44,612 bases of DNA, taken from contig NC_068990.1 of NCBI RefSeq assembly GCF_001194135.2, positions 77,635,597 to 77,680,208 on the forward strand, read 5' to 3'. Source of the DNA: Octopus bimaculoides. Lineage: Eukaryota. The notes beneath the pieces were generated by a model that was given only the letters and a program-made list of their open reading frames with translations, made no database searches and was not told the origin of the DNA. The stretch's first letter is position 1. Each line of letters opens with the position of its first letter. Made by a program: the position numbers and the translations under genes. Positions 34,200-44,612 of the stretch are shown here, piece by piece.

Positions 34200-34980
34200 A
34201 CCTGTGTCTATGTGTGTGTGTGCGCGCACGTGTGCGTGTGTGTGTAGGACAACTTTTGGATGATGGATTTCATTTGGTATCTGCATCGTAATGTCTCATT
34301 TCACTGTTTAGTAAGTTGTTTTTATTGTGTGTGTGGCATTGTTCTGCGATACACAGAGGGAATATACTGGTACCAATCATATAGGCGGTGCACAGACTAT
34401 TAGTTTCTATTTTATGCTCGTGTTCGTTATTTTCAATTGCATCTGGAGATGCATAGGAACGTTGCATCCATCCAGCTGATGCTCCAGAATGAGTTTGTAT
34501 TCAGATTTAAAATTTCAATGGTCGCACATATGTGTGTCTGCTTCGATCAGTCTCACTTGCGAGACTGTTGCTTTATAAACTACGTCTTTGGTTAAATGAA
34601 TTGGTCCGCTGCAGTTTGCATGAGTTTTCGGTTGCCTACTGCATTTCTTGATATGTTACTCTGTGATCACCTGACGTGTAGCGTATTGTGCTTCTGTACA
34701 GGCAATATCGATTTGTTGGAAGGAATGAGCTTATGTGCCAGCACAAACATTTGATCACTATAAACAAATTCTCAGTGTGGTTTCGCCAAAAATTGCGGAA
34801 TTTTTACCCGTCATTTAATGACGGAAGATTCCATAATATATATATATATGTGTAACTCTGTGTATGAGTGTGGTTGTGTGTGTGCGTGCGTAAATCTATG
34901 TACCTCTTTATTGTCTCTAGAAACGGATCTGTGTAATTGTGGACAGTAATTATATTAGACTGGAAATTTCTATTGATGTA

Positions 34981-35143
34981 GGCGCAGGTGTGGCTGTGTA
35001 GTAAGAAGCTTACTCCCCAACCACATGGTTCCAGGTTCAGTCCCACTGTGTGACACCTTGGTGAATGTTTTTCACAACAGCCTCGTGCCGACCAAACTCC
35101 TATGAATGGATTTGGTAGGCGGAAATTGGAAGAAGCCCGTCGT
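34981..35143 (+). mobile_element. Family-B SINE head running into a microsatellite and gap
   Basis: GGCGCAGGTGTGGCTGTGT...GGTTCAGTCCCACTG...GAAGCCCGTCGTATATA. Confidence 0.9.
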
Positions 35144-35197
35144 ATATATATATATATATATATACATATATATGTACACATATATATATGTGTGTGT

Positions 35198-36170
35198 NNN
35201 NNNNNNNNNNNNNNNNNNNNNNNNNNNNNNNNNNNNNNNNNNNNNNNNNNNNNNNNNNNNNNNNNNNNNNNNNNNNNNNNNNNNNNNNNNNNNNNNNNNN
35301 NNNNNNNNNNNNNNNNNNNNNNNNNNNNNNNNNNNNNNNNNNNNNNNNNNNNNNNNNNNNNNNNNNNNNNNNNNNNNNNNNNNNNNNNNNNNNNNNNNNN
35401 NNNNNNNNNNNNNNNNNNNNNNNNNNNNNNNNNNNNNNNNNNNNNNNNNNNNNNNNNNNNNNNNNNNNNNNNNNNNNNNNNNNNNNNNNNNNNNNNNNNN
35501 NNNNNNNNNNNNNNNNNNNNNNNNNNNNNNNNNNNNNNNNNNNNNNNNNNNNNNNNNNNNNNNNNNNNNNNNNNNNNNNNNNNNNNNNNNNNNNNNNNNN
35601 NNNNNNNNNNNNNNNNNNNNNNNNNNNNNNNNNNNNNNNNNNNNNNNNNNNNNNNNNNNNNNNNNNNNNNNNNNNNNNNNNNNNNNNNNNNNNNNNNNNN
35701 NNNNNNNNNNNNNNNNNNNNNNNNNNNNNNNNNNNNNNNNNNNNNNNNNNNNNNNNNNNNNNNNNNNNNNNNNNNNNNNNNNNNNNNNNNNNNNNNNNNN
35801 NNNNNNNNNNNNNNNNNNNNNNNNNNNNNNNNNNNNNNNNNNNNNNNNNNNNNNNNNNNNNNNNNNNNNNNNNNNNNNNNNNNNNNNNNNNNNNNNNNNN
35901 NNNNNNNNNNNNNNNNNNNNNNNNNNNNNNNNNNNNNNNNNNNNNNNNNNNNNNNNNNNNNNNNNNNNNNNNNNNNNNNNNNNNNNNNNNNNNNNNNNNN
36001 NNNNNNNNNNNNNNNNNNNNNNNNNNNNNNNNNNNNNNNNNNNNNNNNNNNNNNNNNNNNNNNNNNNNNNNNNNNNNNNNNNNNNNNNNNNNNNNNNNNN
36101 NNNNNNNNNNNNNNNNNNNNNNNNNNNNNNNNNNNNNNNNNNNNNNNNNNNNNNNNNNNNNNNNNNNNNN
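35198..36170. other. Assembly gap
   Basis: 973 N. Confidence 0.99.
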
Positions 36171-36230
36171 NACCAGGAGTGGCCAGGCCCAGGAGTGGCC
36201 AGAACCAGGAGTGGCCAAGCCCAGGAGGAC
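36171..36230 (+). repeat. GC-rich 16-bp tandem repeat derived from the SINE-B head
   Basis: CCAGGAGTGGCCAGGC / CCAGGAGTGGCCAGAA / CCAGGAGTGGCCAAGC / CCAGGAGGACC, then GCAGGAGTGGCTGTGTGG. Confidence 0.85.
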
Positions 36231-36233
36231 CAT

Positions 36234-36612
36234 GTGCAGGAGTGGCTGTGTGGTAAGTAGCTTGCTTACAATCACATGGTTCTGGATTCAGTCCCACTGC
36301 GTGGCACCTTGGGAAAGTGTCTTCTACTATAGATTTGAGCAGACCAAAGCCTTGTGAATGGATTTGGACGATGCAAACTGAAAAGAAACACGTCGTGTTT
36401 GTGTGTCTGTATTTGTCTCCCCACCATCGCTTGACATCCGATGTTGATGTGTTTCCGTCCCCTTAACTTAGCGGTTCGGCAAAAGAGACCGATATAATAA
36501 GTACTAGGCTTACAAGCAATAAGTCCTGGTGTCGATTTGTTCGATTAAAAGCGGTGCTCCAGCATGGTCGCAGTCAAATGACTGAAACAGTTAACAGCAA
36601 AAGAACAAAAGA
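36234..36612 (+). mobile_element. Near full-length family-B SINE
   Basis: Head, CORE-like CACCTTGGGAAAGTGTCTT, and tail GGTGCTCCAGCATGGTCGCAGTCAAATGACTGAAAC. Confidence 0.92.
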
Positions 36613-36803
36613 GATGAAAATGCGCGAAAGCTTTGCACTGAATGTTTGTTAAATAATATATTGTTTATTAAAAATTAATTCCTGTCTTACTGTTAAGGTT
36701 TGACGCAACAGATCGCCTGGGAATACCGTTGCTACTTGGTGAACTTGCTCCTTTAGAAGCCATCTCTATAAGCTTATTTCAGTGCTATTACTAATTGTCG
36801 AGC

Positions 36804-37495
36804 TAAGGAAGCTAGTTGGTAGAATCGTTAGTAAGGAGGTGAGCTAGCAGAAACATTAGCACGCCGGGCGAAATGCTTGGCGGTATTTTGTCTGTCGCTA
36901 CGTTCTGAGTTCAAATTCCACCAAGGTCGACTTTGCCTTTCATCCTTTCGGGGTCGATTAAATAAGTACCAGTTACGCACTGGGGTCGATGTAATCGCTT
37001 TAATCCCTTTGTCTGTCTTTGTTTGTCTTCTCTATGTTTAGACCCTTGTGGGCAGTAAAGAAATAAGAATCGTTAGTAAGCCGGGAAAAATGCTTACCGG
37101 TATTTCGTCCATCTTTACGTTCTGAGTACAAATTCCACCGAGGTCAACTTCGCCTTTCATTCTTTTGTGGTCGATAGAAAGAAAGTACAAATTGAACACT
37201 GGTGTCGATATAATCGACTGAATCCCTTCCCCGAAATTTCAGCCTTTGTGCCTTTAGTCGAAAGGATTATCATTATTAGAAAGGCGGTAAGCTGGCAGAG
37301 TCGTTAGCATGCCGGGCGAAATGCTTAGCGGTATTTTCCCTGTCTTTACGTTCTGCGTTCAAATTCCGCGGAAGTCGACTTTGTCTTTTAATCCTTTCGG
37401 GGTCGATAAATTAAGTACCAGCTGCGTACTGGGGTCGACCTAATCAACTGACCCACTATCCCCAAATTTAGGGCCTTGTACCTAGAGTAGAAAAT
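36804..37495 (+). mobile_element. Family-A SINE array (head stub plus three copies)
   Basis: Stub 36804-36831; copies at ~36832, 37066 and 37281. Confidence 0.9.
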
Positions 37496-37749
37496 AATTA
37501 TTATTATTATCATTAGACGCAGGCGAAATTGCTGGACTTGTGTCAAATTTCGTAACTATTATTAGCTGTCGCGTTTCTACGCATTCTGTTACATCATCTA
37601 TTGATATACAAGCTGCTGATTCTTTATTACTGTGTACATTTTGGCGTTTGTTGTTTTTGTTTTGTTATTTTTTTGGTGTCTTCATCTGTTGCATACAGAG
37701 GATAACACTTAACTGAAAACAACAAAACATAAAGGGTTTTATTATTTTG

Positions 37750-38075
37750 TTGATCAATATAAAAGTTTTAGCGGATATTGGAACTGATTTGATGTTTACA
37801 TGCATCTAGTTGCAGCAGCTACTTCTATAATCTTTAGATTTTACTGTATTTATAATGTCAACGAGTTCTACTTCAAATTTTTCTAAGTCTTTAAGTTCAG
37901 GTATGGAACTGTATATTACGAAATCAATCTTTCCGTGGATGTTTTTGTAACTGTAGCCTTCTTCAGTGTGGAATGATTTCAATCACCTTCATTTCATTAC
38001 ATTTTCAACATTTTGGATTAAACATTTCAAAGCAGTTTTCTTGATCGTATGGAAATGATTTTGATGGATGGATTC
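37750..38075 (-). mobile_element. Old Penelope-like ORF N-terminal remnant (Naiad/Neptune-like)
   Basis: Minus strand: IQNVENVMK*R*LKSF...IPELKDLEKFEVELVDIINTVKSKDY...IKSVPISAKTF, resembling the VE.VIKRMRWKA / P...EL..FE.DL..II..IKF motifs. Confidence 0.5.
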
Positions 38076-38488
38076 CTGTACTCAACAGCACAAAGAACAC
38101 AAACACACAAAAATAGCTGCAACATTCATAGCTTTGCTAGCCCCAATGTACTGAGGTGCATATCACCAACAATAAGTAGATAGGATTCAGCAATTCCTTC
38201 TGACTTAACTTACCTAGGTTACCTTTTTAGTATCCACCACTGGTATCAACGGACAGAATGAGCAGTAGAAATAGAAATAGATTGAGCAGTGCAGAGAACA
38301 CAATACGTACGAACTGCCACACCACACTCTATACTATTCATCACTGCATATGGGAGTGTAAATATAATGTATTGTCGACTACTTATTATAACAGATTATA
38401 CAATGACCTACATCTACAAAACATCTATATTATTACACATATTCTAAAGATGAACAACCACTCAGACACAGATATGGCTTTTAGCTTT

Positions 38489-38593
38489 CTACGGTATGTA
38501 GCTGTAGTGTGGTGCTTGCGGTTGGTTTTTAAATGTCAGACCATCTGTGATCGAGTAGACCTATCTATATCCCACTATGGCTACATACCGTAG
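38489..38593 (+). other. 21-bp stem-loop
   Basis: CTACGGTATGTAGCTGTAGTG (38489-38509) pairs with CACTATGGCTACATACCGTAG (38573-38593): 19 Watson-Crick pairs and 2 G-U. Confidence 0.8.
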
Positions 38594-38684
38594 TCACCTA
38601 AAAGTCATGTGATTGCCCAATAAGCGCTCACCTACGGTTAAACCGCAGCAGATCGCTAATGCAAAAACCGCTACTGCCACTGAC

Positions 38685-39030
38685 GTGAAAGCGTATAGCT
38701 TAGTGGCTAGAGTGTCGGGCTCACCATCATGAGGTAGTGAGTTCGATTCCTAGACTTGGCTGTGTGTTGTGTTCTTGAGCGAGACACCTTATTTCATGTT
38801 ACTCCCGTTCACTCATCTGTAGAAAAAAGTTGCGGTATCACTGATGTCAAGCTGTATTAGCCGTTGTCTTTCCCTTCGATAACATCAGTGGCATGGAGAG
38901 AGGAAACTGGTATGTATGAGCGACTGCTGGTCTTCCATAAGCAACCTTGCCCGGACTTGTACCTCAGAGGGTAACTTTCTAGATGCAATCCCACAGTTAT
39001 TCATGACCGAAAGGGGTCTTTTTACTTTAC
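38685..39030 (+). mobile_element. Family-D tRNA-derived SINE
   Basis: A box TAGCTTAGTGG, B box GAGTTCGATTCC, central GTGTTGTGTTCTTGAGCGAGACAC, tail CATGACCGAAAGGGGTCTTTTTAC. Confidence 0.82.
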
Positions 39031-39561
39031 TAGCACCGATATTACAACCGTTATCACCACTGCTATCATCTCTTGCTACCATAATTACGAGTCCCTGAGT
39101 GATGTTCTACGTGGTCGCATGACTTGCAAAAATAGCATCCAAACCTCCCACGAATTATGTTTAAAAAAGAGAGAGGTTCCATTAGACATTGTAATGCTAA
39201 ATATACAGGAGAGTTATGGTCTTAACTGGATCGACTTTGATGGGGAATCTGCGCGCAAGCGACTGATACAAAGGTTTTAATCCCCCCCCCCCCCAAAAAA
39301 AAAAAGACTACAATAACTTTTATCGCTTTCCCTATTACCCGCTATCAATAGTCACCGCCATTACTACCTCCACCACAATTATCACCATTACCCTCCATAC
39401 AGGAAAGGCATATTGGACAGTCCGAGAAATACAGATAGGTCCACTCGGCACAACCGACCTGGTATTCAAAACAACCACAGACACCATTATAACTACAATA
39501 GACACCAGCAGAGCCGAAAGGAATTAAACATCTCACCGATACCATGGCTAGACTTTTTACA

Positions 39562-39805
39562 GGCGCAGGCGTGCCTGTGTGGTGAGAAGCTGGCTTCCAA
39601 ACTAAATGGTTCCGGATTCAATCGCACTGCGTGGCATCTTGGGCAAGTGTCTTCTACTATAGCCTCGGGCCGAGCAAAGCTTTTTGAGGTGATTTGATAG
39701 ACGGAAATTGAAAGAAGCTCGTCGTATATCTATCTATCCATCTATCTATCTATCTATCTATCTATCTATNNNNNNNNNNCTCTCTCTCGCTTAGTCTCTC
39801 TCTCT

Positions 39806-39902
<97 letters not shown>

Positions 39903-40150
39903 AGCATATATGTGTGTGTGTGTGTTTGTGTTTGTCATCCACTAATGCTTGACAACCGGTGTCGGTGTGTTTACGCCCACATAACAAATAACGGTTCGGC
40001 AAAAGAGACCGATATAAGTATCAGACTTAAAATAATATTTTTAAAAAAGTTATCATTAGGGTCGGTCCATTCGACTAAAAATTCTTCAAGGCAAGTGCTC
40101 CAGCATGGCCGCAACCTAATGACACAAACAAGTGAAAGATAAAGGATAAA
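39562..40150 (+). mobile_element. Family-B SINE with an expanded internal compound microsatellite
   Basis: Head 39562-39725; (TCTA)n(CT)n(TA)n(TG)n plus a 10-N gap; tail 39930-40150. Confidence 0.9.
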
Positions 40151-40177
40151 ACATAGGTTTATTTGATCGATGCCAGC

Positions 40178-40194
40178 CTGTTGCTAAGCAACAG
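40178..40194. promoter_or_regulatory. Palindromic RFX X-box-like motif
   Basis: CTGTTGCT-A-AGCAACAG, with core GTTGCTAAGCAAC; GCCAATC at 40254-40260. Confidence 0.4.
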
Positions 40195-40643
40195 CAATAA
40201 CAACGACATAAGCTAAAAGAAACAGATGACGGTTGTACGGTACGAAACGAACCGCCAATCCTCTCAATTTGGTCGGTTAATCTACCTACAAAGGACCCTC
40301 CGTGGTCTCACATCCTTTACACCAAAGAAACCATTTCTAAAAATTCTATTTAACTCCGTTAACTCGTGCCAAAATAATTTTCTTTTCCTTTGCCTTTCTT
40401 TTTATTTTTATTTATTTATTTTTTTTAACATTCAGTAAACAAAAACAAATAAATAAATTAATTTAAAACTTGCCATGTTGAGATCTGTTATAATCGCTTA
40501 AAAGCTTCGCTAATCCTCTTAAGAGAATGTATGAAATGGACAGTCTTTCACACCCTCTGTGTTTATGAATGTGTGTTTTTGTGCATGCATATGTGCCTGT
40601 GTGTGAGAGCTTGTGGGTGAATGCGCGCGCGTGTATGTGTATG

Positions 40644-40688
<45 letters not shown>

Positions 40689-41024
40689 TGGTTGTACGCG
40701 AAAGTGAATGTAAAAGTGAAGTTTAATCCTCGCCTCTCATCAAAACACGGTATTCTTCAGATATGTCATGGTACTGAAAGTTTCCAAAATCTATATTGCT
40801 TCAACTTAAGGTCGATCGAGTGCCACGGNNNNNNNNNNNNNNNNNNNNNNNNNNNNNNNNNNNNNNNNNNNNNNNNNNNNNNNNNNNNNNNNNNNNNNNN
40901 NNNNNNNNNNNNNNNNNNNNNNNNNNNNNNNNNNNNNNNNNNNNNNNNNNNNNNNNNNNNNNNNNNNNNNNNNNNNNNNNNNNNNNNNNNNNNNNNNNNN
41001 NNNNNNNNNNNNNNNNNNNNNNNN

Positions 41025-41107
<83 letters not shown>
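41025..41107. repeat. (AAT)n microsatellite
   Basis: Directly 5' of the Dong-like fragment. Confidence 0.95.
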
Positions 41108-41108
<1 letters not shown>

Positions 41109-41801
41109 TCTGGTATCAACATTGAAAGTTAAAGATTATGGAGTGACATCTGGAGCAAAGACAAGGAGCACAAGAAGGATGCTGAATGGTTGCAAGAACT
41201 GAAACAAACAGTAGTCTGTCCAAAACAGGCAGAACTAGTCATTTCAGTTAGGGAAGTGAAGGAAATCAGCAAAAAAATTAACAACTCGAAGGCCCCGAGA
41301 TCAAATGGAGTTCAAGACTACTGGATCAAAAGATTTGGTGAATGTCATGCACAAATAGCTGCGCAACTCAACACTTTGTTAAATGCCAGCCAAGTAACAC
41401 CAGAGTGGTTGACATTGGGTAGGACAGTGCTGTGCCTGAAAAACATCGAAAAGGGCAATAAAGGTAGACAATTACAGGCCGATATCCTGTTTGCCACTTA
41501 TGTGAAAATTATTGACTGGAATACTCACAGAGTCAATGTACGAACGTCTGGAAAAAAATGGAGTCCTACCACATGAGCAGAAGGGTTGCAAGCGTAAGTG
41601 CAGAGATATCAGGGATCAACTCGGGATAGAGAAAACTGTACTTAGAGACTGCAAAAGGAGGAAAAGTAACTAAGCTATGTCATGGATTGACTATCGAAAG
41701 GCGTATGATATGATCCCACATTCTTGGATGATGGAGTGTATGAACCTATTTGGTAAATCATTGAATGTAGAGCGATTGTTTGGGAAAAGTATGGCGAATT
41801 G
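41108..41801 (+). mobile_element. R4/Dong-like reverse transcriptase fragment (frameshifted)
   Basis: WSDIWS...KAPRSNGVQDYWIKRF...WLTLGRTVL; next frame NYRPISCLPLM.KLLTG; EQKGCKRK...DQL...AMSWIDYRKAYDMIPHSWMMECMNLFG. Confidence 0.92.
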
Positions 41802-41861
41802 CAGAATATTTGCAGAATATTTGCTGTAGCCCATCTTTTTAAACCAAGACAAAACAATGTA
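41801..41861 (-). mobile_element. Inverted fragment of family E fused to the LINE break
   Basis: GCAGAATATTT duplicated, then GCTGTAGCCCATCTTTTTAAACCAAGACAAAACAATGTA; matches 25242-25290 directly and 42065-42112 inverted. Confidence 0.85.
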
Positions 41862-41868
41862 TATTATT

Positions 41869-41967
<99 letters not shown>

Positions 41968-42530
41968 ATCTTAACTGATTAGGAATGTTGATCTTAACTG
42001 ATTGGAAGAGTTGATCTTAACTGACTGGAAGTGTTGATATTAACTGATTGGAAGTGTTATCATGTACATCGTTTTGTCTTGGTATAAATGATGGGCTACA
42101 TCAAATATTCTGTGAAATACCACAGATTTGCTTGTCAGTTGTTTGACCTTAACCAGTTGAGAATGTCCCTTGGTGACTGACGATATGTGCATCTCTGATT
42201 ACGAGCAGAAGATGTGTTGAGAGGAATTCTTTGGGGGTTTGGATAATTCACCTTTGGAAACATGGGTGTTTCGTTCAACATCCTTAAACGACCCTTATTC
42301 AGAGACCATTTGAGCAGGATGGACTACTCGACCTGAAGAAAACTCTAACTGGGCTCTACTTTCAATGTCATGCGCTGTTTATTTTGATATGCGATCACCA
42401 TGTCGCGCACATTTGGTTGAGACGCATGTGCCTGGTGTACCCTTATCAGACGGGTAGTCATGATGGGTATACTGGACTTCGTATATTTTACCCCATTGTC
42501 ACTTTGATGGCATGCACTGCTTTCTCACTC
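41968..42530 (+). mobile_element. Second family-E copy with a 4x23-bp tandem expansion at its 5' end
   Basis: ATCTTAACTGATTGGAAGTGTTG-like units at 41968, 41991, 42014 and 42037; ends TTTCTCACTC-AATAAT. Confidence 0.85.
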
Positions 42531-42948
42531 AATAATGATACAAAGAAGAATACGTATATAATTATGTGTGTGTGTGTGTATAACATATAGATTAATTATG
42601 ATTTCCACAGACAAAGACAGCGAAGTTACTGGTTTTCTTATCTTTCCTTTTCTCTCGTTTCACTTTTTGCATCAACTTTCCTCCTATTTTGTTTTTTACA
42701 TTTTTTTCTCTATGCTCTTTCTCATGTTTCCTCAAAGATCAGCGTCCTGGTTTGCAAATACATCTAACGATATGCAGTGATCCTGAAAGATTGCTTAGAG
42801 ATACATGGCATGTTATATAAATTTACCAAATGACTGTATCTCTAAAGCGTGAAACTATTAGTAGATCTTTTCTAAATTGTGTGTATTAAATGATACACAC
42901 ACATATATATATGTGATATTATATTATATTACATTATATATATATATA

Positions 42949-43806
42949 NNNNNNNNNNNNNNNNNNNNNNNNNNNNNNNNNNNNNNNNNNNNNNNNNNNN
43001 NNNNNNNNNNNNNNNNNNNNNNNNNNNNNNNNNNNNNNNNNNNNNNNNNNNNNNNNNNNNNNNNNNNNNNNNNNNNNNNNNNNNNNNNNNNNNNNNNNNN
43101 NNNNNNNNNNNNNNNNNNNNNNNNNNNNNNNNNNNNNNNNNNNNNNNNNNNNNNNNNNNNNNNNNNNNNNNNNNNNNNNNNNNNNNNNNNNNNNNNNNNN
43201 NNNNNNNNNNNNNNNNNNNNNNNNNNNNNNNNNNNNNNNNNNNNNNNNNNNNNNNNNNNNNNNNNNNNNNNNNNNNNNNNNNNNNNNNNNNNNNNNNNNN
43301 NNNNNNNNNNNNNNNNNNNNNNNNNNNNNNNNNNNNNNNNNNNNNNNNNNNNNNNNNNNNNNNNNNNNNNNNNNNNNNNNNNNNNNNNNNNNNNNNNNNN
43401 NNNNNNNNNNNNNNNNNNNNNNNNNNNNNNNNNNNNNNNNNNNNNNNNNNNNNNNNNNNNNNNNNNNNNNNNNNNNNNNNNNNNNNNNNNNNNNNNNNNN
43501 NNNNNNNNNNNNNNNNNNNNNNNNNNNNNNNNNNNNNNNNNNNNNNNNNNNNNNNNNNNNNNNNNNNNNNNNNNNNNNNNNNNNNNNNNNNNNNNNNNNN
43601 NNNNNNNNNNNNNNNNNNNNNNNNNNNNNNNNNNNNNNNNNNNNNNNNNNNNNNNNNNNNNNNNNNNNNNNNNNNNNNNNNNNNNNNNNNNNNNNNNNNN
43701 NNNNNNNNNNNNNNNNNNNNNNNNNNNNNNNNNNNNNNNNNNNNNNNNNNNNNNNNNNNNNNNNNNNNNNNNNNNNNNNNNNNNNNNNNNNNNNNNNNNN
43801 NNNNNA
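42949..43806. other. Assembly gap
   Basis: 858 N flanked by (TA)n. Confidence 0.99.
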
Positions 43807-44612
43807 TATATATATATATATCCATATAAGACATTAGCGCATACGACTTGCGATGAATTATAGCTATAGTTCAATACACAGGCGCAAATTCTCCCTCATA
43901 CACACACACAAATATACATACACATACAAACATCTATATACATACATACATACATACATATATAGATGCATGTATGTATGTATATGATATATATATATAT
44001 GATGTATATATGATATATATAAGATATATATGATATATATATATAATATATATTACATATTACATATATATATAATTATACATGCATATATATATATATA
44101 CATATGTATATATGCGTGCGTGTGTGCGTGTGTCTACTTTATATGGAAGCCTACTTGCTTGTGTTTGTGTCTGTAAAAATACGCATGAGTTTTGTTTAAT
44201 AAAGTCACAACAAAGAATCTACTTGAAGCAAAACAGTACACCAAACTCTTGATACTTGCTTCCCAATGCCACCATTAATCAATTTAGTAGACATATTCTT
44301 ATATTCCAGACAGGAATTACAGACGTTCTTAGTACTATGCTATTATGGTAGTTTATCATAGACATTATACACACAAAACACAAACAGAAGTGATAGGTTC
44401 CTATTGTACGAATTGCATAAAACATATATACAAAAAAACTATCCATACAACTACGAAATGTACAAACATCATACAAACCCAAAGCAAAAACTAAGCTACA
44501 AAACTACAAACTGCAATAGAGTATATGCAGAAAATATATTGGGCATTATCAAACAATTGAAAACAATTGAATACAGTAAACCATATGTGTATATATATAT
44601 ATATATATATAT

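Noticed and set aside
37975-38005. In-frame TGA codons in the PLE remnant as selenocysteine
   Set aside because: They fall at Arg/Trp-like positions, a TAG and frameshifts also occur, and no SECIS was seen; ordinary decay explains them.
39345-39697. Overlapping 66-aa and 94-aa ORFs
   Set aside because: They run from a degenerate triplet tract into a SINE, with no recognisable domain.

Overview
AT-rich, repeat-dense eukaryotic DNA with about 4.7 kb of N gaps (~10%), nearly all flanked by microsatellites. The repeat repertoire points to an octopus/coleoid cephalopod draft assembly (inference). No host protein-coding gene can be supported: every long ORF in the track is an artefact of N runs or low-complexity repeats. 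The window holds more than 30 tRNA-derived SINE copies from several families, often nested or in head-to-tail arrays. It also holds five decayed R4/Dong-like RLE non-LTR retrotransposon fragments, most flanked by (TAA)n, and two copies of a ~550-bp non-coding (TAA)n-flanked element. There are two Penelope-like elements (PLEs). The one at 18.1-19.2 kb ends in a tRNA-derived Pol III-type head followed directly by a minimal hammerhead ribozyme, which is the most interesting structure here. Other unexplained signals are an octamer+CCAAT inverted repeat bracketing that PLE, three minisatellites that appear to have grown from retroposon 5' segments, a 21-bp hairpin at 38.5 kb, and a homeodomain-site cluster. 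SINE family labels A-E are my working names, not database names. Boundaries of degenerate repeats are approximate.
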